Virus record (IMG/VR): IMGVR_UViG_3300031952_000001
Span: 1 to 64,000 of that record
Length of the DNA: 64,000 nucleotides
Strand: one strand, 5' to 3'
Part shown: positions 27,530 to 36,600 of the stretch, piece by piece
Layout: the number at the start of each line of letters is the position of its first letter
Numbering within the stretch: position 1 is the first letter of the stretch
Notes under the pieces: generated by a model
The model's database searches: none
The model's input: the letters and a program-made list of their open reading frames with translations, nothing else
Told to the model about the DNA's origin: nothing
Made by a program: the position numbers and the translations under genes

Positions 27530-28528
27530 ATGGGTTACTACTCACTGTTCAAGTACGGCACGGGCGTTCTCTACGGGCCCGATACTACGATCAGCGCGGT
27601 GTCCCCCATCGAGGGCCCTGCTCCAGGAGGAAATGCCTTCGTCATCACGGGGACCGGGTTCGATCCTCGCCAGTGGGACGACTACTTTACCGGCCTGGTC
27701 TTGGACCCTGTGAAGTGGACGGACGTGTCGGTTGGTGGTTCAGTCTCGACAGGGTCCTACCACCTGGAGCTGTTCACCGGAGCGGTTCCAGGCTCTACCG
27801 CGGGGATCGAGTCTGTGATGTTGTGGGGCTCCACGCAAGGAGAAGCTCGGGTGGTTATCTCCAACCCGGCGTCCTTGCCGTTGTCTGATGTCGACGTCTT
27901 CGCTTTGACTCTATGGATCAACGCCACGAACTACGCGGAGATGTACGTGCGTCTGGACAAGTTCGGCGTCTTGAAGCTCTACTGCGAGGCCTGGGTGGGC
28001 GGGGTGAAGTCGGATGAGCTGAAGAGCCCGTTGTCGTGGACGACGGGGCTCTCTGTTTTCAAGATCTTGAGGTACAACTCGGATCTCTACTTCATCGCGA
28101 ATGGCTCGGTCGTCTGCCGTCTGCCCGGGTTCCTGTCGACCCCGGCGTACTTCCGGATGTCCTCTCGAAACCTGGCAGCTGCGTACGATGCCAGTGTCAC
28201 CCGGGTCGAGTGGTTCTACTACCGCCCCTTCGCTGTTTTTCAGAACCAGCCCGTGCACGACACTGTGGTCGTGGGTGATCGTCGGATGCGGGGGCTTGTG
28301 AGTGCGAGCCGGGACGTGACGTGGCAGTTCGCCGCGTACGATGGTCCTGTCGATGTCTCTGTGGTCGCGAACAGCGTGGTCACGAGCCCGAGCGCATACA
28401 AATACTACTACGTGTATGGCATGAAATCCATTGCCAGCACCCAGGCGGGCTTGGAGTTGTCCATTATCAATGATGCACAGCTCGTGACTCCTGACGGTGA
28501 GGTCAAAGGCCTCGGGGGAGGATACTGA
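27530..28528 (+). CDS. Virion protein with N-terminal IPT/TIG (Ig-like) domain
   Basis: ISAVSPIEGPAPGGNAFVITGTGF is the IPT/TIG signature; rest is a beta-sandwich. Confidence 0.6.
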   Translation: MGYYSLFKYGTGVLYGPDTTISAVSPIEGPAPGGNAFVITGTGFDPRQWDDYFTGLVLDPVKWTDVSVGGSVSTGSYHLELFTGAVPGSTAGIESVMLWGSTQGEARVVISNPASLPLSDVDVFALTLWINATNYAEMYVRLDKFGVLKLYCEAWVGGVKSDELKSPLSWTTGLSVFKILRYNSDLYFIANGSVVCRLPGFLSTPAYFRMSSRNLAAAYDASVTRVEWFYYRPFAVFQNQPVHDTVVVGDRRMRGLVSASRDVTWQFAAYDGPVDVSVVANSVVTSPSAYKYYYVYGMKSIASTQAGLELSIINDAQLVTPDGEVKGLGGGY

Positions 28529-28529
28529 A

Positions 28530-31500
28530 ATGGCCCTGGTGGGTGTCAACCGCTACGCGGACATGATCAAGTCGATCATCAGTGGGCCTTTCTACGAGTC
28601 CCGCGGGACCGTGGTCCCCTATCGTCACGGCAATACGGACATTCGCTTGATGGCGGACTACCCGAACACCGTGTACAGCCTCTCGATTAACGAGGTGTAT
28701 GAGGGAACGGTCACTTCCGACAGCGAAGGGAATGTGGTCTTCAGTCGGCACCTGGCTCTCGGTGACAACGAGATCACCCTGACTAACCTGACTCTGGGGA
28801 CCAAGCTGAGCAGTTGGCTCACGACCCGTGAGTATGCGATCTGGCTGATCTCTTATGCAGAGGCGTTCGAGAGTATCGATGATGACTGGAAAGAGTCGAA
28901 GGATGACCTCTTCATAGCGAGTGCCACTATCAACGGTATCGAGGATCACTTCGGCCGGGACCTTGGTATCTACAATCTCTTTGGGCAGGACCTGGACTCC
29001 TACAGGTGGATGCTTCACGAGATGCGGAATGCTTTCCGCGATCATGGCGGGAAATTCCGTGGTGTCGAGTCCGCCGTGGTAGCTCTTACGCAGGTTCCCC
29101 CGTTCGGATATACGCGCCGGTTCTGGGGTCCGAACTGGGTGCTCGACCAGTCCATGCTCGCGAACCACCGCTTCTTGAAGAGGTCTTGTGATCTGGCGTT
29201 CTTCGGAGGGGGTATCTCGGGGGTGACGCTCAAGAGTGTGGAGTCCGATGTTCTCGAAGGTCCCTTCTCGGGAGTGGTCCAGTATAATCCCGCTACGAAG
29301 TTGATTCGCTGGGGTAGCTTCGGACCAGGTCCGTGGGTTCCGGCGACTGAGGGTGATCTCTTCATCCCCGGGCCACCGTCCCTTGTGGACCCCTTCATCT
29401 TGGGTCTTGCGGGGCCATTCTTGCTCAGCTTGACGAAGCGCATGCTGTACTTGAACATTGGAGCGGGTACGGTGGCTATCGATCTGAGCCTGTGTCCGGG
29501 GTTCCCCGCACCGACAGTGGCGCAGCTCGTTGCGTTCATCAACCTCGCCATGGGCGTTGTAGTGGCCTCTTCCTACAACCTGAAGCTCATGCTCTCCTAT
29601 GCAGCGGACTGGATTCGGATCGAGCCAGGACCTCGTAACGCCGCATTGGAGTTGTTCGGGAATGATCCCGGTGACTTGGTGTTCGCAGAGTCCGGTGTCC
29701 TCGATGGGGTGACGTTTCGGAAGATCACGGGGCCCATCGACATCGCGACGGACTCTGTCTTGGAGTACGAGTACAGCGGCTTGGTTTCTCCGGCAACGCA
29801 ACGTCTTCGGTGGGCCTCTCCCGGGGGTTCTTGGCCCCCGCTGCTCGGGTGGGTCACGCTTACTGACGACGGGGTGTACATCCTCACGGACGCTCTCGGG
29901 AACACCTTGGAGATCCACTGCATCATCGAGGACATCCCGACCTACGGTGCGGTCCTGATCACGCAGACGCTTTCGTTCTCGGTGAACTACAGCCGCACTG
30001 CGAAGCGCGTCATGGAGACGGAAGGGCTGTACGTGTACATCACGGAGTCCTTGCTCCCGGCGGCCCCCATCTGGGACGTTGTTGCCGTCACCGGAGATGC
30101 CTCTCCGGCGAATCCTGAGGCTCCGGACTGGTGGTGGGTGGGGGCGTGGAACGCGGGCGCTACAGGGGTCTTCCAGCCCTCTATGGTGGATACGGACCGG
30201 GAGGACGACTACAAGCCTTGCACGGCGTTCCGCTACCTGTACTCCGACGCTGCGGCCTCCGACGTCGAGCTGTTCGGTCACGTTCTCCAGTACCCCAACC
30301 CCCAACCCGACAAGGGCGGGCTGTATCCACAGAAGAACCCAGGCCTTCTGTACGACTACGAAGGCTTCGAGGTGAAGTTCTCGGCGTGGTTCCTGAGCCA
30401 CACGGCGAGCCTGGTTTCCGTGGACCTCAGCTTCACCTTCGATGCAGGGGCTACGTGGGTTGCCGGTGTTCCTGTCATCGTAGCTGCGGATGCGGCCGGC
30501 GCTGGACTGGAGGATCCGACCTACCTTGAGTTCTCGGCCATCATCCCGGCGGAGGTGACCGCGGACAACGTCTGGGTTCGCATCCGAGCTGCGCAAGGGG
30601 TCCCGGGGATCTCATTCTCTGTGGACGCTCCGCATGTCGACGTCAAGTACATCACGTCTCGTGCTCTGGGAGACACGACGGTGGCGCGTAGTCGACACCG
30701 GCAGTTCTTCGGTGAGCTGGTCTACTTGTGGTCTCCAGAACCGTTGACTACGGTAGAGCAGAAGTTTTTGGGGTTGCAGCACAAGGAGGCGGATCGGAAC
30801 AGCCCACTCGCGGGGGTGGTGCTCACGAGCGTCTCGACGAGTACGCCCACAGGGGCCAGCACCTTCGAGTACGAGTACAACAGCGCGGGCCCGAGTCAGA
30901 AGCTCCGATGGAGTTCGTCCGCAGGCTTGTGGGGCGCAGGTCTTGGGTGGGTGGTCGTTTTGAGCGACGGTTCCTACACACTGGATTCCCCGGACGGATC
31001 TTCCATCGGTGTGACGGTCGTATTGTCGGCACTCCCGTTACTTGCGGGGACTCCGCCGGCTGCGGTGTACTCGAAGTCGATGACGATTTCGGACATCAGC
31101 GTCAACCAGGGCATCACGAGAAGGATCTCTCCGGCGCACGAGTCCATCGACATCTTCGATGCGACCGAGTACGACACCAGTGGGGTACCCATCAACTTGA
31201 AAGGGATCATTTCCGAGGTCGATTTCTCGTTGGCTACGTTGGTCAACCTCGAAATCTTCCCGGCCACGCCGTTCCGGTACTCGTTTCTCACTCCCACGAT
31301 CTTGCCGGTGGTGGATGAGCAGTTGGTGTTCGCGGGGATACCACCTCACACGGCGTCTCTACTCTACGACTCGGATCAGGATCAGGACGAAGCCATCCTC
31401 TTTGAGAACGGCGTCCCATTCCCAAATAATCTTTGGCAGTTCAACAGCTCGAACCAGGTGCTGATCATCAATCCCGCGGACTACAACCCCGCAGCGGTGT

Positions 31501-32123
31501 ACTCGATCAACTACAACCCTCTGTTCCAGATCACTACGCCGCTGATCGACCTCGGGTCGCTGTTCCAGGACTACATGTGGCTCGCGGATTTCGCTTTGTG
31601 GGATCGGATGGAGCACGACCCCTTGTCCCATGAGGCCATCGTTCCGGTGTACTTCACCAAGGAGACCGGGCAGGCGAAGCTGCACCGCCGCTCCGACATG
31701 GTGAAGACGAACTCGACCTTGTACTACGAGGACCCCAACGGGCGCGTCGAGATTTACCCTTCGAGCTGGAGGTTCATCGATCCCTTCACGGTAGCTATCG
31801 ACACCTCGCAGTTCGTTGAGGGGGCTCAATACTACCTCGAACACGGAGAGCAGAGGATCTACCCGACGAGCAGCTTGACGGTGAAGTTCGAGCACCGCTC
31901 CGGTGTAGACTCCCCGGCGTGCCTGGCGGCGGCTTGGTCGGAGATCTCTCGAAACCAGAACGTCACGGTGCACCAACCTGCCGGCGGGCATGTCATCCAC
32001 CAGCTCCGGTTGTCCGTGAGCAGCATCCGGGATCTGAGGGACTTCAGAATACGGTCTGTGGTGCTCAAGGGGCTCCATATTCATGGTGCGACACCGTACC
32101 TTCAAGGGCTCACGAATGTCTAA
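28530..32123 (+). CDS. Large baseplate wedge/fibre-attachment protein (~1197 aa)
   Basis: Follows baseplate J; ATINGIEDHFGRDLG...DSYR...RNAF segment like gpI/gp7-type wedges; internal repeated modules. Confidence 0.6.
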   Translation: MALVGVNRYADMIKSIISGPFYESRGTVVPYRHGNTDIRLMADYPNTVYSLSINEVYEGTVTSDSEGNVVFSRHLALGDNEITLTNLTLGTKLSSWLTTREYAIWLISYAEAFESIDDDWKESKDDLFIASATINGIEDHFGRDLGIYNLFGQDLDSYRWMLHEMRNAFRDHGGKFRGVESAVVALTQVPPFGYTRRFWGPNWVLDQSMLANHRFLKRSCDLAFFGGGISGVTLKSVESDVLEGPFSGVVQYNPATKLIRWGSFGPGPWVPATEGDLFIPGPPSLVDPFILGLAGPFLLSLTKRMLYLNIGAGTVAIDLSLCPGFPAPTVAQLVAFINLAMGVVVASSYNLKLMLSYAADWIRIEPGPRNAALELFGNDPGDLVFAESGVLDGVTFRKITGPIDIATDSVLEYEYSGLVSPATQRLRWASPGGSWPPLLGWVTLTDDGVYILTDALGNTLEIHCIIEDIPTYGAVLITQTLSFSVNYSRTAKRVMETEGLYVYITESLLPAAPIWDVVAVTGDASPANPEAPDWWWVGAWNAGATGVFQPSMVDTDREDDYKPCTAFRYLYSDAAASDVELFGHVLQYPNPQPDKGGLYPQKNPGLLYDYEGFEVKFSAWFLSHTASLVSVDLSFTFDAGATWVAGVPVIVAADAAGAGLEDPTYLEFSAIIPAEVTADNVWVRIRAAQGVPGISFSVDAPHVDVKYITSRALGDTTVARSRHRQFFGELVYLWSPEPLTTVEQKFLGLQHKEADRNSPLAGVVLTSVSTSTPTGASTFEYEYNSAGPSQKLRWSSSAGLWGAGLGWVVVLSDGSYTLDSPDGSSIGVTVVLSALPLLAGTPPAAVYSKSMTISDISVNQGITRRISPAHESIDIFDATEYDTSGVPINLKGIISEVDFSLATLVNLEIFPATPFRYSFLTPTILPVVDEQLVFAGIPPHTASLLYDSDQDQDEAILFENGVPFPNNLWQFNSSNQVLIINPADYNPAAVYSINYNPLFQITTPLIDLGSLFQDYMWLADFALWDRMEHDPLSHEAIVPVYFTKETGQAKLHRRSDMVKTNSTLYYEDPNGRVEIYPSSWRFIDPFTVAIDTSQFVEGAQYYLEHGEQRIYPTSSLTVKFEHRSGVDSPACLAAAWSEISRNQNVTVHQPAGGHVIHQLRLSVSSIRDLRDFRIRSVVLKGLHIHGATPYLQGLTNV

Positions 32124-32598
32124 AGTGAAGTGCATTCTCGGGTTCTTCTGGGCGATCCCGATGTCCATCTTCGGATGGCTGCTCGGGCTGTTCCTGCTTT
32201 TTACCTGGCAGGTGGAGTCCATCGAAGTTCGAGAGGACTGGACATTTGTCTGGGATCTGAAGAACTGGGGCTGGTTCCAGAAGAAGGCGATGGAGATCCG
32301 CGGTTGGGCGGGGTTCTCCATCGGGAATAACGTCTTCATCAAGGACGTGGTGGGCAAGCGCTGGCCGAGGACCTTGGCTCACGAGGTTGCGCATTGCCAC
32401 CAGTGGTACCTTTTAGGAATCCTATTCCCGTTGGTGTACATTCTTGAATGCGTGCGCTTGTACATTTTCAAGAAAGAACTCCATTCGTATTACGACAATC
32501 GTTTCGAAGTGGAGGCTCGTAAGTGTGCAGGACAACCGGTAAAAATACCGAGGACCTCGTGGAAAGACGGCCCGAACGACCGATGGGCCTGGTGGTAG
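32116..32598 (+). CDS. Small HExxH zinc-metallopeptidase-like membrane protein
   Basis: LAHEVAHCHQW...YYDNRFEVEAR (HExxH plus downstream Glu); hydrophobic N-terminal segment. Confidence 0.55.
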   Translation: MSKVKCILGFFWAIPMSIFGWLLGLFLLFTWQVESIEVREDWTFVWDLKNWGWFQKKAMEIRGWAGFSIGNNVFIKDVVGKRWPRTLAHEVAHCHQWYLLGILFPLVYILECVRLYIFKKELHSYYDNRFEVEARKCAGQPVKIPRTSWKDGPNDRWAWW

Positions 32599-32619
32599 CA
32601 CGAGGCTAATGAGGCTGTA

Positions 32620-33630
32620 GTGGATCCTTTGATCACATCCAAAAGATGTTCCTCCTGCAAAATGGAGAAGCCTCTTTCTGATTTTGGTTTTAGAAAGAGG
32701 TCCAAGGACGCACATCATTACAAGTGCAAGGTGTGTACGAACCTGTACACGCGGAAAACACGAAGTCCTGATTTTGTATCCACCCGCAGGAAGGTGGAGG
32801 TGGTTGATGGTCTCCTGAAGTGTACTAGGTGTAATGAGATAAAGCCTTTAACTGCGTTTTCGAAGAACCGTAGCAGTCATACAGGTCTTGATTACTGCTG
32901 CAAGGACTGTACCAGGAGGATTTCTAAAACCAGATTGGATAATCTCAGGGTTATTGGAGTTGTGCAGAAAGTTGGTAGGAAAGTTTGTTCACACTGTGGC
33001 GTTGAGAAGGACATTACCCTCTTTAGGATTCTTATTGGCGGGTCTGGAGGAAGATCCAGAGTGTGCAAAGATTGCATTAACTCTTCGGAGCGGGAGCGCC
33101 AAAGCTCACAAAATCACGTCCCGGATCTTCAAGGTACCAAGGTTTGTAGTTCTTGTGGTTTATTGAAAAAGAACACTGAGTTTTATAAGTTCAAACACCA
33201 CAAGGACGGGTTGGATTCTGCATGTAAAGACTGTGTTCAACTACGCAAGAGTAGCTATTTTAGGAAGAACGTGGTAGCCCAGCTTAGATTTAAGATCAGA
33301 CGACGTTTGGGGTACTACGCAAAGCGTAATAAGTGCTTGAATAAAGACTATGCAATTTTGTTTCTTGGGTGTTCTCTTCATGAGTTGCTGTCATACTTAG
33401 AAATTAGGTTTTATTCCGACCCTAGAACCGGGGAGGCTATGACTTGGGATAATTATGGACAGCGGGGTTGGCACATCGATCATATCTACCCCTTGTCCAA
33501 GGTGAATCTTCTTGATGATTTGGAATTTAAGAGGGCTTGTCACTATACGAATTTGCAGCCACTTTGGTGGTGGGAAAATCTTGAAAAAAGTTCTAAAATC
33601 ACTTCGGACTTGAAGTCTGAGGTTGTTTGA
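32620..33630 (+). CDS. Freestanding HNH endonuclease with repeated CxxC zinc modules
   Basis: Four CxxC...CKxC repeats; GWHIDHIYPLS...CHYTNLQPLWWWENLEK; lower GC (26/60 at 32941-33000). Confidence 0.85.
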   Translation: MDPLITSKRCSSCKMEKPLSDFGFRKRSKDAHHYKCKVCTNLYTRKTRSPDFVSTRRKVEVVDGLLKCTRCNEIKPLTAFSKNRSSHTGLDYCCKDCTRRISKTRLDNLRVIGVVQKVGRKVCSHCGVEKDITLFRILIGGSGGRSRVCKDCINSSERERQSSQNHVPDLQGTKVCSSCGLLKKNTEFYKFKHHKDGLDSACKDCVQLRKSSYFRKNVVAQLRFKIRRRLGYYAKRNKCLNKDYAILFLGCSLHELLSYLEIRFYSDPRTGEAMTWDNYGQRGWHIDHIYPLSKVNLLDDLEFKRACHYTNLQPLWWWENLEKSSKITSDLKSEVV

Positions 33631-33640
33631 GGAGGATTCT

Positions 33641-36600
33641 ATGAGAGGTAGCCTCTACCCTAACGGGGTCACTGTTGATCAAGTCGCTCTTCGTCGGACG
33701 GAGCTGAGCAAAGCTCAAGAGATCCTTCGAAACCGCGTTGACTGGACCTGCCGCGGTGTCTTCAGCGGCGGGTTGGTCACGGTGAACCTGCTCGACGACA
33801 CCCGCATCGACATCATGCAGGCGTCTGGATTCGCCCCGAACGGCGAGTACGTCGAGACGGACAGCCCGTACTACAGCATCGCTCTCGCGGACTACGCCGT
33901 GGGGGTCGTGAACTACGTGTGCCTCGTGTACACGGAGGTGGATTCCTACCGTCAGCCCCACGAGAGTGATGGTCAGCGATACTACACCCGGGCGGCGATG
34001 GCTTGGAGGGTCCGTGTCTACAGCGCGGCGCAGTACGCTCTGCTGCCGGCCTCGGACGAGAACCTGGCGAACGACTCGCAGGACCGGATCATCTTCTTCT
34101 CGAAGGTCACCGCGAATGGTGTGGGCATCTCCTTGACGCCGAGCAGCATCACGAGCCCGCGCTCTTTCAACAACATCATGTACACGGTCCCGAGGAAGTG
34201 CGTGACAATCCTCGGCATCGACATCTTGTCAGCGTCCTCGGGGAGCCCCCTCGGAGCCGGCACACTCACGTACGACTTCACCCCCGGGACCCCTCCGACG
34301 TACCAGCTCACCTGGTCGACGTCGAATGGGGCCGGTGCTCCAGTAGCGGTCGCTGCGGACGGCAACTACACCCTGCTCGATGGAGCCGGCGAGTTCATCA
34401 CGGTCAAGGTCGCGCTGACGGTACTTCCGACGTTCGTGGTTGCTACGACCGTCACCGAGACCATCACGATCTTCAATCTGTACTACCAGGAGATGCCGCG
34501 GCTGAGCGCGGAGGACCACCTCCACAGGAACTACATCGGCACAGGCACGATCTCTCCGCAGAACCCCCACGGGAACTCCCTGGACGACTTCTCCGGTGAG
34601 ACACTCTCCATGCTCGACGAGCACCAGGACGTCCTTCACTGCAACGGCATCTGGAGGGGCTCCGCGTCGTCGATCTTCCAGATCACGGTGCTCACCGCCC
34701 CCGTGGCGGACACCTTCAACCTGGTGGCCCCCGCGGGAGGGGACCTGTACTACGTCAACGGCATCAAGCTGGACAGCATCGACATCTCGGTGGGTGTCTC
34801 GATCCTTCCGCCGGTCGTGCAGGGTGCCTACTTCTACGAGATCTGTGTCTCGGACGAGGCGACCGTCGAGTGCAACAAGAAGGCGGCTTATCCTGCGGTG
34901 CGCGCGGTGACCGGTACCTGGATCGTCGACATGAGCAGGGACTACCCCTTCGGGAGCTTTGCGTTGACCTGCACGACGACTCCAGGCCCTTTTACTCCGA
35001 GGGTGTTTACTTGGGATGGTGGAAAACCCGTTACCTTCACTCCACTGTCGGATCCGTCGCAAGCGATACGCCTGTACTCTGCGGACGGCGAGCACTGGAT
35101 CGATCTCTGGGTGAACACCAACCCCAGCGTCGTTCCCGATGAGGCCTTGCCAACGGCTCCTGGCACGGTCACGGACACCATCACGGTCTTCTCATCACTG
35201 ACGGACGGTTCGAACCAGTTCATGCAGATCGGGGCTCTCTCGTACTGGTACGACGCGACATCTGTGAAGTGGGTCCTCGGGTACCATCCTCTGGCTGCCA
35301 ACCGGAACGCGGTCGACAAGCGCATCTGGGGTAACACCGGCACCGAGAACATGGCGACCTGGGCTCTGGAGGACTTGGCGTACCTGCCGAACAACGAGCT
35401 GGGTCGGTCCGGAGCGCTTCTTCGCAGGAATGGTGCGTACAACGAGTTCCAGTACACCTACGGGGGTGCCGGTTTCAACATCTCCGTGAACGGCGGATCT
35501 TTCTACTGCCGGGGTCAGAGAATCTCGGTGAAGTCTACGCAGAGCCTCATTGCGGTGCCGAGTGCGGTGCAGCTGATCTGGGCGGACATGGCCGGAGTGT
35601 ACCACATCCTCAACGTCACGGGGACCTTCGGTGGAGACCTCCAGGCGGCGATGAGGTACGTCCTGGGGTCCACCCAGAACATCCCCTCGGTTTCTGATTT
35701 CTACCACTATTCGGACGCTGGAGATGCTCCTGAGAGGGGCATTTTGCTCTACTGCTTGGTGACCGATGCGACCGACATCGATCCTCTGGGGATCGTCGAC
35801 TTCACGCAGAACGTGAACCGAGTGGACGATCCCTGGTCTGTGGGTTCTCGAATCTCCACGACGGTGAATGCAGTGCACGCGCAGGCGGCTTACGACAACT
35901 TCTTCACGGCCTTTGAGTACGCGAAGTATTCGATGTACGGGACGGAGAACAAGGGGTCGGTCACACTCACAGTGATCGGCACCGTCGAGGTCGGCTTCAA
36001 GGTCACGCAGCCCGAGTATGTGAACGTCCGCGGCACCCGCGGGGTTTCGATCCCCTACAAGAGCATCGTTCGCGTCACCGGTACCGACGCCTGGGGATCT
36101 TGGCTACTGAGCTTCGGTTGCAAGGTTTCAAATCTCAGTGTGTACAATACTTCAACCACACTGCCGGCGATAGGTCTCAACCACTATGCGACCGTGGAGG
36201 AGTGCTTCTTCGTCTCCTCCGGCGGAGAGCCCTTCAGAGCCTCTGCCTCAGGTGCTCTTTCGTGCAACGGTGTAGTTCTTCGGAACAACATTTCTTCGGG
36301 GTCTGCGTTGATTTCCTCGGTCAGTCTTGCGAACGGGTACACCGGGTGGATCATCACGGGGAACGAGGTCCTCGCAGTTCCTTCTGACTCCCGTGCAGCG
36401 ATACAGCTGCTGGGCGCGGAGAAGCTCCTCATTTCGGGAAACATCATTGATGTTCCTAACTCCAATGACCAGCTCGTCAATGCCTCCGGTGGCATCCGTG
36501 TGGGATCCAGCGGGTTCCAGTGTCAGGACGTCACCATCCGCGACAACTACATCTCGGTGGGGAACAACGCGGCCGGTCAGCTGAACTCCGTTGCCGGCAT

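Noticed and set aside
7957-32598. Interpretation as a bacterial eCIS/tailocin locus (two tubes, DUF4157-like gene)
   Set aside because: Neck/head-closure genes, a G/GT frameshift chaperone, HNH genes and a contiguous phage replication module indicate a phage genome.
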